Below, one piece after another: positions 1-10,006 of a stretch of DNA of 64,000 bases. Below the pieces are notes generated by a model. The model was not told where the DNA came from and searched no databases. It saw only the letters and a program-made list of their open reading frames with translations. The stretch's first letter is position 1. Every line of letters starts with the position of its first letter. The stretch comes from Candidatus Marinacidobacterales bacterium (lineage in GTDB: Bacteria > Acidobacteriota > Vicinamibacteria > Marinacidobacterales > DATDRI01): contig OZ245365.1 in NCBI GenBank assembly GCA_965226495.1, positions 1,728,001 through 1,792,000 of the forward strand, written 5' to 3'. A program made the translations under genes and the position numbers.

Positions 1-125
1 GGCTTGCAGCGGTCGTGGCCGTCTCTTTCTAATCGCAGCTCTGCGGGTAGTCGGCGTGGCTGCCTTCGGGCCGCTCAGTGCTGCTGCCATGCGGCCGGCC
101 ACGCCGCTGAAGCCCACTGTTATTC
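1..125 (+). repeat. attC site, truncated by window start
   Basis: ttgcagcgg...ccgctgaa inverted L boxes followed by core GTTATTC at 119-125; same layout as downstream attC sites. Confidence 0.75.
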
Positions 126-266
126 AGACGATTTTATTGGGACGCGTCGCAGCTTCCTGGAAGTCTCCGCTGCGCGCGTTTGGGGTCCACAGGTCCGAAC
201 CAACTTCCATTGCACCCTTACAGTACTATGGAGTAAGTTGTGCTCCTTTTTCCTGGAGGAAAACCC

Positions 267-2201
267 ATGAAAGCTATTATCGTTCCCGCAATATTTATTT
301 TGCTCTGTTCAGTTAGTCAGGCGGCCGAGCGCCTGGTGGAAGGAAACAGAACGACAGAGAATATTCCACCAATTAGCGCTCAGGAAATTGAACGTGCGGC
401 ACAATACAACAGTATACGTAGAGCGTCCGTGTTGTCATGGCACCCCTCTGGCGACTCACTCCTCATCAGTACTCGATTCGCTGCTACTGCGCAGTTGCAT
501 CTCGTGTCACAACCGATGGGCATTAGAAACCAGTTGACCTTTTACGAGGAAACCGTATCCATAGCATCATTTTCTCCCACGGCAAACCGACTTGTTTTCG
601 AGAGAGACACAGGTGGCGACGAAGGCTACCAGGGATTTATGCTTGATCTCGATTCTGGTCGTGTTAATCAATTAACGGTAGCCAACACCAGGAACAGCGG
701 TCTGCTCTGGTCACACGATGGTAAGCAGGTCGCGTACATGAGTAATCGTGACGATCTGTCGCGATTCGACGTTTGGGTTGCCCCTGCCGATTCACCGGAG
801 TCGGCCCGCATGTTAGTGCAGGGAACAGGTTTTTATTGGCGGCCCATAGCCTGGTCTGAAGACGACAGTCAGTTATTGGTTATGCAAGTAGTTTCTGCTG
901 TGGACACGCGACCCCATATCGTCGATGTAGCTAGTGGCCGCATGACACGAGTCGGACCACCTGATGAAAAGGCGGCATACACCGGTGGCAGATTCACAAA
1001 CGATGGCAACGGCATCTACATCGCCTCCGATCTAGGGTCTGAATTTACCCAGTTGAGGTATGTTGATCTTCGGGCAGGGGCAATTACTAACCTCTCTGCG
1101 GACATTCCATGGGGTGTTGAATCCATGGATCTTTCGAGCGATGGTAGAACGTTGGCGTTCACTACAAATGAGGACGGCATCTCGAGGCTCTATCTATTAA
1201 ATAGTCAAACCAACGTTTATCGACAGGTGGACGAGATTCCAACCGGGATTATATCAGGCATTCTTTTTGCGCCGGAGAATGATCGCATCGCCATTACGCT
1301 GAGCGCCGCTACTTCTGCACCTGATGTCTATGTTTATAATCCTCGCGAATCCAGCCTTACACGTTGGACCAAGAGTGAAATCGGTGGTTTGAATGCAGAG
1401 CAATTTGCCGAAAGTGAGTTAGTTCACTATCCCACTTTCGATATGGTGAAAGGTAGACCTCGACAAATCCCCGCGTTCGTATACAAGCCAAAAGGCACAA
1501 CCGGCAAACTTCCGGTTGTGATAGGTATCCACGGGGGACCTGAAGGTCAGGTAAGGCCCGGTTTTTCATCCCGCGTGCAACAAATGGTGAACGAGCTAGG
1601 TGTAATTTATATCACGCCAAACGTAAGAGGCTCTGCGGGTTATGGTAAGACCTACCTGGACCTCGACAATACCTTTAGGCGTGAGGATTCTGTTCGCGAT
1701 ATTGGAGCATTGCTGGACTGGATTGAAACCCAGGACGACATGGATGCCAATCGGGTCGGTGTTATTGGTGGTTCCTACGGTGGTTATATGGTGCTGGCTA
1801 GCATGACTCATTACAATGATCGAATTCGTGCTGCCGTAGAATTTTTCGGTATCAGCAATTTTGTCAGCTTTCTGCAAAATACAAGCGATTATCGCCGTGA
1901 CCACCGCCGTCAAGAATACGGTGATGAACGCTTGCCCGAAATCAATCAGTATTTAACCAGGACAGCACCAATGAACAATGTGGATAAGATCACCAAGCCT
2001 CTGTTTGTGCTGCAGGGAGCAAATGATCCTAGAGTGCCTCCCTCAGAGTCGGAACAAATCGTTGACGCGGTTCAAGCGAATGGTGGTGATGTCTGGGACG
2101 TATTGTTTGATGATGAAGGTCATGGTTTTCGAAAGAAAAATAATAATGACTATTCACAGGCGGCAATAACGACTTTCTTTCGGGAACATCTCCAGAATTA
2201 G
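267..2201 (+). CDS. S9 family (prolyl oligopeptidase/acylaminoacyl) peptidase with signal peptide
   Basis: Beta-propeller repeats, HGGPE, GGSYGG nucleophile motif, NDPRV and DEGHGF; GGAGG RBS before ATG 267. Confidence 0.9.
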   Translation: MKAIIVPAIFILLCSVSQAAERLVEGNRTTENIPPISAQEIERAAQYNSIRRASVLSWHPSGDSLLISTRFAATAQLHLVSQPMGIRNQLTFYEETVSIASFSPTANRLVFERDTGGDEGYQGFMLDLDSGRVNQLTVANTRNSGLLWSHDGKQVAYMSNRDDLSRFDVWVAPADSPESARMLVQGTGFYWRPIAWSEDDSQLLVMQVVSAVDTRPHIVDVASGRMTRVGPPDEKAAYTGGRFTNDGNGIYIASDLGSEFTQLRYVDLRAGAITNLSADIPWGVESMDLSSDGRTLAFTTNEDGISRLYLLNSQTNVYRQVDEIPTGIISGILFAPENDRIAITLSAATSAPDVYVYNPRESSLTRWTKSEIGGLNAEQFAESELVHYPTFDMVKGRPRQIPAFVYKPKGTTGKLPVVIGIHGGPEGQVRPGFSSRVQQMVNELGVIYITPNVRGSAGYGKTYLDLDNTFRREDSVRDIGALLDWIETQDDMDANRVGVIGGSYGGYMVLASMTHYNDRIRAAVEFFGISNFVSFLQNTSDYRRDHRRQEYGDERLPEINQYLTRTAPMNNVDKITKPLFVLQGANDPRVPPSESEQIVDAVQANGGDVWDVLFDDEGHGFRKKNNNDYSQAAITTFFREHLQN

Positions 2202-2617
2202 ATGAAAACTTGGTGCCGCTGTAAGTTCAGTAGCACAGAAATAACAATTAGGTGTGTGGGTGCAATGGGAAGTTGTTCAGCACAAGCCCAGCGGCAGCAG
2301 GGGCCACAATCTCGGCAGAGAGCTGTCCACTCGGCGGAACGTCGGAGATTACAATCTGAAAGTCCCCCTTTCAACTTGTATCGCTTCCTGGTAGGTTCGG
2401 AGTTATCTTGACTCGAGAAAGGGCCTCAGCCGGCCTCGTGGAGCGACCGTTTTTCCGAGTGGCCGGGTTGTTTTCGCCCCGGGGGCCAACATTATTAATA
2501 GTAAGCTAGACTACGTGGCCTCGGTCGGAGCCTCCGGTAACAAGTCTCTGACTAAACCGCACTAGGTGGAACCGTCGCCGCTGTCGTCAGAGGTAGATGA
2601 ATGTGACGCGTGGAGCT

Positions 2618-2723
2618 GCATAACTTCGGCTGGAGCAGACGGCCGGCACCGTACGATTCGACCAACGAATCAGATCTACCTTGTCTCCAATGAAGCCGGC
2701 CGCAGCTCAGCAGCACGTTAGGC
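2618..2723 (+). repeat. attC site
   Basis: GCATAAC...ctggagc...cggccggc...gccggccg...gctcag...GTTAGGC. Confidence 0.85.
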
Positions 2724-2807
2724 ATATCAGACCCGATGATTCTAAGGAATCCAGGGGAGTACATATGATTCGCATTGGTCTTTTCAAAGTGGTGATTCTC
2801 TCTGGAT

Positions 2808-4207
2808 GGTCAAGTCTTAATTTTCCTGTCAAATCTCCGTACGGTTCCCCGCGCTCGGTTAAGCTGCTGATTCCTCCGACGTGCCTTGCGGGAGAAGCTC
2901 GTTGCGAAGCTCCTCGACTTTCCTAGCGGCGAAGACATCCATCCTCACGCCGCGCCATTTGTTTGCGACGGCCAAGAGCACAGCGAACGAGAGTTTCATC
3001 GCGGCCTCCTCGGTGAAGAAGTGAGGAATGACCTTTGTGCGACGTTTGTGCTCTCCGAACGTGCGCTCAAGTAGATTCGACGTGCGAAGCCTTTTGTGAT
3101 GCGCCGCAGGAAGGCGTAGCGCCTGAAGACACGCTTCGAGGGTCTCTTCCATGCACTTCATCGCGCTCGGGAATCGTTGACGGTACCGAGCGATCACCTC
3201 CCGACCCTTCTTCAGCCCTTGCTCGTAGCTGTTCGCATGGAACGACTCAAGGATGGCCGCCTTGAGTTCGTCGCGCACTTCCTTCGGAGCCTTGCCCAGG
3301 ATGTTCTCGAGGCGGTGCTTCTGGCAACGTTGCTTGAGGCTTCGAGGGAAGACCTCTGCGATCGCTTTGAGCACTCCAGGATTCCCGTCCGTCACGATGA
3401 GCAACGGCTCCCTCATTCCTCGGGCCACCATCTCCTGCAAGAACCCCTTCCAGTTCTCGTAGGATTCTCGGTTGCCGACACCGATATGAAGAAGAACTCG
3501 CGTCCCATCAGCGCGATAGCCGGTCGCAACGAGGATGGGCTCTTTCCTCTCCGCTCCTTGGTGGTAGCGCAGGTACGTGCCGTCGAGCTCGAGATACAAC
3601 AGCTTCTCGTTCGAGAGATCCCGTTTTCGAAACGCCTCGAAATCCTCCGACAGACACCGTGTGACCCGGCTCACCACCGACTTCGAGACACCCGTGCCGC
3701 TCAGCACGTCCGCGAACGTCGCCTCAATGTCACGCGTCGACATCCCGTGGACGTACATCCGCGCGATCAGTTCATCGAGTTTCTCGGTCCGGCTCACGTA
3801 GGCGTCGAGAATCTTTGACTGAAACACCTTCTCTGTTTCTCGTACCCGCGGCACTTGCACCGTCACCGCTCCCTCGCCCGTGAGGACCCGATGCGACTCA
3901 TACCCGTTGCGTCGTCCCTTCTCCTTCGTCGTTGCCGGAGCGTTCTCATAGTAGTTTCGACCCAACGCCTCCGTCACCTCGCGCTCCAACGCATATTGAA
4001 GCATCATCTGAGCTCCCGACCGGACGATCTCCGAGAGATTCATCTCCCCAAATACCAGTTGTTCCTCGAACTGCTTGAGCAATCGCTGACTCGGTAGTAC
4101 CTTTCCCATGATGTATGGTTCTCCTTTTCTGTCCCCATGACGGGGACGGGTTTGAGCTTGGGGAACCATACATCGTTTTTCTTTGACAGGAATCTTAAGA
4201 CATCACC
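2808..4207 (-). mobile_element. IS256-family insertion sequence
   Basis: 26-bp imperfect terminal IRs (ggtcaagtcttaattttcctgtcaaa / ggtgatgtcttaagattcctgtcaaa); 8-bp TSD CTCTGGAT at 2800-2807 and 4208-4215. Confidence 0.95.
2859..4109 (-). CDS. IS256 family transposase
   Basis: RNGY, LDGTY, VTDG, QRCQKH and TSNLLER motifs; AAGGAG RBS before ATG 4109. Confidence 0.95.
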   Translation of the reverse strand: MGKVLPSQRLLKQFEEQLVFGEMNLSEIVRSGAQMMLQYALEREVTEALGRNYYENAPATTKEKGRRNGYESHRVLTGEGAVTVQVPRVRETEKVFQSKILDAYVSRTEKLDELIARMYVHGMSTRDIEATFADVLSGTGVSKSVVSRVTRCLSEDFEAFRKRDLSNEKLLYLELDGTYLRYHQGAERKEPILVATGYRADGTRVLLHIGVGNRESYENWKGFLQEMVARGMREPLLIVTDGNPGVLKAIAEVFPRSLKQRCQKHRLENILGKAPKEVRDELKAAILESFHANSYEQGLKKGREVIARYRQRFPSAMKCMEETLEACLQALRLPAAHHKRLRTSNLLERTFGEHKRRTKVIPHFFTEEAAMKLSFAVLLAVANKWRGVRMDVFAARKVEELRNELLPQGTSEESAA

Positions 4208-5197
4208 CTCTGGATTGGCGGCACCGCTTGTCGCTCAGGAGCTTCACATTGCAGACATGGGCAATTGTGAGTTGGAAGCTGGTGTAGTCCTGCAGGATTG
4301 CCGCATCGCCTATCGCACGGCGGGGCAGCTCAATGGAGAACGCTCTAACGCCGTGTTGTTCCCAACATGGTATACGGGTACCACTGAGAATCTGACGCAG
4401 GTCGTCGGAGCTGATGGCTATGTGGACAGCTCGAAGTATTTCGTCATCATGGTTGATGCTTTCGGGAATGGTATCTCAACTTCGCCGTCGAACAGTAGTC
4501 GGCAGTCAGGCACGTCATTTCCTCAAGTGAGCATTAGGGACATGGTCAGACACCAGTACAGGTTGCTGACCGAGAAGTTCGGTCTCGATTCCGTAAAAGC
4601 GGTGATCGGCATCTCGATGGGCGGAATGCAAGCTTTTGAGTGGGCTGTCTCCTATCCAGGTTTTGCCGACAAGGTGATTCCGATTACCGGCTCACCGCGT
4701 CTTGCGGTTTACGATATCCTCGGATGGGAGACAGAGCTCGATCTGCTTTCATTGTATCGGAGCTGTCATTGCGAAGAAGCAGTTCAAGCGTTCGCGGGGC
4801 TGCGATTACTTGTGGGTAGGACTCCCCAGTATCACTCACGGGTGAACTCAAGAGACAAGCTGGAAGCAGTTCAGGCGCAGATTGAGGATCGGCGGCTATC
4901 CGAGGACCAGGTGGACAATCGAAGCAGCCAGCTTTACGCGATGGTGAACCACAATGTAGCTGGTCCGTACGGAGACGACATGAACGAAGCGGCAGGACGC
5001 GTACGGTCCGATTTGTTGATAATTGTTAGTGAGGAGGACCATGTGGTAACACCGACTCCTGCCCTTGAGTTCGCGCGCCTAGTGGACGCCAAGGTCTTGA
5101 AGCTGACAAGTGACTGTGGACACCTGGCCGTTTTTTGTGAAGCTGAACGGGTGGGCAATACGATTAGCCGTTTCTTGGCCAGTGAACAGCACTGAAT

Positions 5198-5288
5198 GCC
5201 TAACCCGCCGTTGCAGCGGACGATCGGCGCCGGCATTGTGGGGGAGTCAACGGTTGGTACCGCTCGCCGCTGAACGGCCCTGTTAGGC
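5198..5288 (+). repeat. attC site
   Basis: GCCTAAC...ttgcagcgg...ccgctgaa...GTTAGGC. Confidence 0.95.
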
Positions 5289-5337
5289 CCCAAATTGACA
5301 AACCCGAACAACTCTACTATTCCAGGAGACGAGAGCC

Positions 5338-6309
5338 ATGACTAACGAAATCTTCCGTGTCTGGATGATACGAGGACTGCGAGTCACGATGCCCCTCATG
5401 TACATTCTCTTTGCGTTGTCGCCTCTCTCCCTTGCTCAGGAAGAGTTGGACGGGCGGACATTCGAGTCGGGAGAGGCGAAGCTTTATTTTGAGGTCATTG
5501 GCGAGGGGACGCGGACGCCGCTTATCGTGATCAACGGCGGGCCGGGCTTCGATCACACGTACCTACGCCTGTCCGGCGTATGGGAGGAACTCGCCCGTGG
5601 GGGCCCCGTCGTGTTCTACGACCAGCGCGGAAACGGACGGTCAAGCGTGCTGTCAGAGGGCCAGAGCTGTACGCTGCAGGACAATATTGAAGATCTCGAC
5701 GCGCTTCGTCGGCATCTCGATTACGAAAAAGTGATTCTGGTGGGGCATTCGTGGGGTGGGTACTTATCAATGGCGTACGCTGCCCGCTATCCGAAACGAT
5801 TAAAGAAATTGATACTCGTCGGTACGGCAGGGCCAAAATGGGAGGAGATTCCAGACAGTAACGGTGAACTGTGGTACTTGTTCAAGTACATCTTCCCCGA
5901 GGTCGTCGAGAAACGGTCGCGGCTCGCATTCCACGTTGCGCTCGGCGATGCAAACGCCCTTGACGAGCGTATGTCTGCCTACTTTTCGATGCTCTTTTTG
6001 TCGGAAGAGAAAAGAGATGATTTTATCTCCGGGTGTAAGGATTGCAGGTTCAACCTCCATGTAAACCGACTTGTGAATGAGGATTTGCGCCAATTCGACC
6101 TTACTCCGCAGTTGGAGCGGTTCGAGTTTCCTGCCCTCATCATTGCGGGGCGATACGACATCAACGTCGCCCCGCTTGTGTCCTATCGGATTCACCAGAA
6201 GATCCCAAAGTCGAAGTTGGTGTTCTTTGAAAGCAGCGGGCATCTGCCATTCTATGAGGAGCCTGAAAAGTTTGTTGAGGTGGTATCCACTTTCTTGAAT
6301 GGTAGTTAG
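5338..6309 (+). CDS. Alpha/beta hydrolase, proline iminopeptidase-like (cassette)
   Basis: NGGPG, YDQRGNGRS, GHSWGG and SGHLPF motifs. Confidence 0.85.
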   Translation: MTNEIFRVWMIRGLRVTMPLMYILFALSPLSLAQEELDGRTFESGEAKLYFEVIGEGTRTPLIVINGGPGFDHTYLRLSGVWEELARGGPVVFYDQRGNGRSSVLSEGQSCTLQDNIEDLDALRRHLDYEKVILVGHSWGGYLSMAYAARYPKRLKKLILVGTAGPKWEEIPDSNGELWYLFKYIFPEVVEKRSRLAFHVALGDANALDERMSAYFSMLFLSEEKRDDFISGCKDCRFNLHVNRLVNEDLRQFDLTPQLERFEFPALIIAGRYDINVAPLVSYRIHQKIPKSKLVFFESSGHLPFYEEPEKFVEVVSTFLNGS

Positions 6310-6319
6310 GTCAACTTTG

Positions 6320-7636
6320 TGTGAGCAACCGGGAACATAGCTAACAGAACGTCCGGGGACATGGTTAACACTTTCCACGGAGAGAGGGTGCCCCGGTGAT
6401 GGTTTTGTTTCGTTCGTCGAAACGTCCGAGTAGAGTGTCGTAGTAGAGGATGTTCCAGATGGCGTCTTGTACTTCCTCGAGCGCGATGTATTCGCCGTTG
6501 AGCGCCTGTGAGAGGAAATGTTGCCCTGAGTGGAGTCGGAAGGTACCGGCGTTGCTGACGCGTCGGACTTCAACATGGCCGGGATACTCAGGTGGTGTGA
6601 TCTGTTCTGGATAGAGGCGTGTTGATGGAGTCCAACGTGAAGCGGGTGTTTCGTCATCGATAGCCTCGTGAGGTCGAATGTCGTTGTAGGTTTTGCGGAA
6701 GTCGTTAAACACGCGCTGCTGGATGTTGAAATTGGCAGCGGGTGGTTTGGTGGCGCGCGCTTTGAGAGTTCTGTGCATGCGTTCATGAGCACCATTCTGC
6801 TGAGGATTGCCTGGATTGATTCTCTGATGGGTGATCCCGAGCTGGAGCCACCAAACGTTCAACCGACTGAGGCCGTGAATACCTGTGGAGGCAAACGGGG
6901 AGCCGTTGTCACTGCGGATGGCATCGGGAAGTCCATGTTGACGAAACAAGGACAGGAACTGGCTCTTGACAGCTTTTCCGCGCACGTCGGGGAGTCCGTA
7001 GCAGCAGAGCAGATAGCGGCTGAAGTGGTCGACGATGGTCAAGGGGTAGCAGTAGAGGCCGTTGCGCATACGGAACTGGCCCTTGAAATCGACGGTCCAA
7101 ATCTGGTTGGGTGCGGTGGTGTTGAAGGGAGCGGCGCCGGGATGTTTCCATCGTCGGTGGTGCCGCCGAGAGCGGACGCGGCCATGCCGCTCGAGAATGT
7201 CGAAGACCGTGCTGCGGGCGGGCCAGGCCCGGTCCGGAAAACGCTTCCGGAGTCGTTTCAGCACCTTTCGGGCGCCCCATCCATAGCGACGGTTCTCCTC
7301 CAGAATCAATTCCACGAGCTCGTCCGGAGTCTGATGGGGACACGAGCGCGGTGCCCTACTGTGGTCGTGGAGCCCGCTGGCTCCGCTCTGGCGGTACCGA
7401 TTAAGCCACTTGTAGCCGGTGTTCCGGCTGATACTGTAGCGGAGGCACAGCTCCGTCATCGTCCAGTGTTCGCTGCTAAAATCGTGGATAAAGTGACGTC
7501 TTTCGAGCATAGGGTTGGTCTCCAGCCAGGGCATCCATCCTCCTCCTTTAGGGATGGAGAAAGTGTCACCCATGTGCCCGGACACCTGTAACCTATGTAC
7601 CCCGGTTTTACCGTCACCCATGTCGGAGGCCTAACC
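6320..7636 (-). mobile_element. IS481-family insertion sequence (ends approximate)
   Basis: TGT start; repeated end motifs (ccgggaacatagctaaca and ccggggacatggttaaca; three tgtcacccatgt-like copies at 7564-7635); TSD not resolved. Confidence 0.8.
6365..7534 (-). CDS. IS481 family transposase
   Basis: MPW start, HTH, WTVDFKG, SDNGSPF and PQQNGAHERMHRTLK integrase core. Confidence 0.93.
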   Translation of the reverse strand: MPWLETNPMLERRHFIHDFSSEHWTMTELCLRYSISRNTGYKWLNRYRQSGASGLHDHSRAPRSCPHQTPDELVELILEENRRYGWGARKVLKRLRKRFPDRAWPARSTVFDILERHGRVRSRRHHRRWKHPGAAPFNTTAPNQIWTVDFKGQFRMRNGLYCYPLTIVDHFSRYLLCCYGLPDVRGKAVKSQFLSLFRQHGLPDAIRSDNGSPFASTGIHGLSRLNVWWLQLGITHQRINPGNPQQNGAHERMHRTLKARATKPPAANFNIQQRVFNDFRKTYNDIRPHEAIDDETPASRWTPSTRLYPEQITPPEYPGHVEVRRVSNAGTFRLHSGQHFLSQALNGEYIALEEVQDAIWNILYYDTLLGRFDERNKTITGAPSLRGKC

Positions 7637-7643
7637 GGTCGAG

Positions 7644-7763
7644 GCCTAACCTGGCGTTGCAGCGGACGGCACAAAGCCTTCGTGAAGGCATGAGACTCCT
7701 GGAAGAAGGGCTTCAGCTTCGGCAACGACATCACCGTGCCGCCGCTGAACGGCCCTGTTAGGC
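7644..7763 (+). repeat. attC site
   Basis: GCCTAAC...ttgcagcggacggcac...gtgccgccgctgaa...GTTAGGC. Confidence 0.95.
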
Positions 7764-7793
7764 GGCATGAGCCTTACCGAAAGGGAGAGACTA

Positions 7794-8774
7794 ATGAAGT
7801 ACCGTGTGACTACTATTGCCAGCGTCCTTCTGCTCGTTTGGAATAGTCAACCCATCGCTTGGGCGGGAGTCGCCTCCCCACAGAAAGAAGGAGGAGTGGT
7901 CGAGTCGCTCAAGGTCACCATATTGTCTACGATGCTTGCCGATCGCGGCATCGGTGAGTGGGGCTTCGCGGCGCTAGTCGAAGCGGACGGGCAAAGAATT
8001 CTCTTCGACACGGGTAGACGACCCGACACGGTGCTCGAGAATGCCAAGGAGCTGGGAGTGGCGCTGACTGGCATCCGGGACGTCATTCTGACCCACAACC
8101 ACGGCGATCACACTGGCGGGCTGTTGACCTTGCGGCGCGAGCTTGCAAAGGACGACCCGGATGCTCTTTCCCGTACACACGTGGGCCGGGGAATCTTCTG
8201 GAAGAGACCGCGCAATACCAGCGAGCGAAGTATGCCGGCCGTGAAGGACGCGTACGAGGAGCTGGGTGGACGCTTCATTGAGCACAGTAGACCCGCCGAG
8301 ATACACCCCGGCGTCTGGATTACCGGACCCGTACCTCGCACCCACCCCGAGCGCAATTACGGCGCGACAGGTCGGGTCCAGGCACCGGACGGTCTTGTTG
8401 AAGACACCATTCCGGAAAGCCAGTCGCTGGTCATCAACACGAAGCGGGGCCTCGTTGTGATCTCGGGCTGTGGTCATGCTGGCATTATCAACACGCTGGA
8501 GTATGCGCGCACGATAGTCCGCCAAACGTCTGTCCACGCTGCCTTGGGCGGCTTCCACCTGTTCCGGGCGAGCGACGACCATCTTGCGTGGACCGCAGAG
8601 GAGCTTCGCGCGATGCGTTTGGAACATTTTCTCGGAGCTCATTGCACAGGTATCGAAGCCGTGTTCCAGCTTAGGGGGGCAACGGGACTGACTAGGGAAA
8701 TGGCGGTCGTTGGGGCGGTTGGTGCCTCGTTCTCGTTGGAGACGGGTATCGACCCACTTGCACTGGCGCGATGA
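7794..8774 (+). CDS. MBL-fold metallohydrolase with signal peptide (cassette)
   Basis: THNHGDHTGG, SGCGHAG, GGFHL and HCTG motifs. Confidence 0.88.
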   Translation: MKYRVTTIASVLLLVWNSQPIAWAGVASPQKEGGVVESLKVTILSTMLADRGIGEWGFAALVEADGQRILFDTGRRPDTVLENAKELGVALTGIRDVILTHNHGDHTGGLLTLRRELAKDDPDALSRTHVGRGIFWKRPRNTSERSMPAVKDAYEELGGRFIEHSRPAEIHPGVWITGPVPRTHPERNYGATGRVQAPDGLVEDTIPESQSLVINTKRGLVVISGCGHAGIINTLEYARTIVRQTSVHAALGGFHLFRASDDHLAWTAEELRAMRLEHFLGAHCTGIEAVFQLRGATGLTREMAVVGAVGASFSLETGIDPLALAR

Positions 8775-8814
8775 CTTGATTCGGAACCGCGCGATTCCCA
8801 CCTGGGACGTGCCG

Positions 8815-9892
8815 TGTGACTTCAAGTTTGAAGCGCACCATTCGTTAGTTCCCATGGAAACGTTCCTCCGGTGTGCGGTAACCGAGCCTCTTGCGGGGCC
8901 GTGTGTTGAGCTTCTTTGCGATACCATCGCAGTGGCGTTGCGTGAGCGCTGCTTGGCTGGTGCGCTTCGGCAGGTATTGTCGTAGCAATCCATTGAAGTT
9001 CTCGTTGCTGCCTCTCTCCCATGAGTGATAGGGAGTTGCAAAGTAGAACTTGACGCCGGTCGCTTCCTCGACGGATTCGTAGTCGTGGAACTCCGTGCCA
9101 TTGTCCGCGGTGATGGTCTTGACCTGATCCGGCACCCGCCGGAGCAACATCTTCGTTCGCTGGCTAGTGCCGAACATGCTGCGGTCGGACAGTTTGCCGA
9201 TCAGCGCATAGCCCGTCTTTCGTTCCACGAGCGTGGTGACGCAGTCCGGCGCGTCTTTTCCTACCACGGTGTCAATCTCCCAGTGGCCAACGGCACGGCG
9301 CTTGTCGATACAAGACGGCCGCTCGGAGATGTGACGCTTCCCGGCCAGGCGGCCTCGGCTGTCGTAGCTGTTGTGGCGCTTGCGTCTAAGTTTGGGCGAG
9401 CATCGAAGGTGGCGGTATAGATGTCCTCCGGCCTCCTTGTCCCGCCAAACGTGGGTGTAGATCGTCTCGTGGCTGATCGAGAGCTCGCCGTGAAGGCGCA
9501 GGTGGCCGGAGATCTGCTCTGGGCTCCAGTCGGCCTTAAGCTTCTTCTCCACCAGGGCAAAGTCGGCCTTTGTGAAGTACTGGTTCCGGCGAGACCGCGA
9601 GCGTCGTCCGTTCGTTCTCTCGATGGCCTTGCTCGGCCGGTAGCATCCATCACTAGGTGAGCTGTTCCTCCTGACCTCTCTCGAGATGGTGCTCCGGTGG
9701 CGCCCCAGGCGCCGCGCGATCTCGGCCGAGCAAAATCCCTCCCGTCGCAGCGCCGCGATGGTGTAGCGTTCTTCCGAGGTGATCTGGTAATAAGTCATTA
9801 GCGAGTCCCCATTCTTGGTTGTTTGAGGAATCGTGGCACATTCCAGGTCACCTCATCCGGGAGCTGTGTTGCACTTACTTTATGAATTCGCG
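8815..9892 (-). mobile_element. IS30-family insertion sequence
   Basis: 26-bp imperfect IRs (tgtgacttcaagtttgaagcgcacca / cgcgaattcataaagtaagtgcaaca); CCG duplicated at 8812-8814 and 9893-9895. Confidence 0.88.
8845..9798 (-). CDS. IS30 family transposase
   Basis: HRSTISREVRRN, WSPEQI, GHWEIDTV, DNGTEF and WERGSNENFNGLLRQYLPK. Confidence 0.96.
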   Translation of the reverse strand: MTYYQITSEERYTIAALRREGFCSAEIARRLGRHRSTISREVRRNSSPSDGCYRPSKAIERTNGRRSRSRRNQYFTKADFALVEKKLKADWSPEQISGHLRLHGELSISHETIYTHVWRDKEAGGHLYRHLRCSPKLRRKRHNSYDSRGRLAGKRHISERPSCIDKRRAVGHWEIDTVVGKDAPDCVTTLVERKTGYALIGKLSDRSMFGTSQRTKMLLRRVPDQVKTITADNGTEFHDYESVEEATGVKFYFATPYHSWERGSNENFNGLLRQYLPKRTSQAALTQRHCDGIAKKLNTRPRKRLGYRTPEERFHGN

Positions 9893-9894
9893 CC

Positions 9895-9975
9895 GCCTGA
9901 CAAGGGAATGAACCAGACGAAGCCCGCAGCGCATCTCAATCGTGCGGTCTTCGCAGGTTATGCCCAGTGTTATGC
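9895..9975 (+). repeat. attC site
   Basis: GCCTGAC...atgaacc...ggttat...GTTATGC. Confidence 0.8.
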
Positions 9976-10006
9976 CGACTTTCAAGTGGGTACTTGAGAC
10001 GCGATC

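Larger units (their letters stand above)
2765..5195 (+). pseudogene. Alpha/beta hydrolase (homoserine acetyltransferase-like) cassette gene interrupted by IS256
   Basis: Removing the IS and one CTCTGGAT copy restores MIRIGLFKVVILSG|LAAPLVAQELH...; GISMGG motif, D and GH catalytic residues. Confidence 0.85.

Noticed and set aside
2251-2300. Group II intron 5' end
   Set aside because: GTGTG rather than GTGCG, with no reverse transcriptase or domain V; better explained as an inverted repeat
5295-5323. Cassette-internal promoter at TTGACA
   Set aside because: The best -10 (TACTAT) is only 14 bp away and the 17-bp option is poor
7794-8774. Metallo-beta-lactamase resistance gene
   Set aside because: Motifs (GCGHAG, GGFH, HCTG) fit a non-beta-lactamase MBL-fold family
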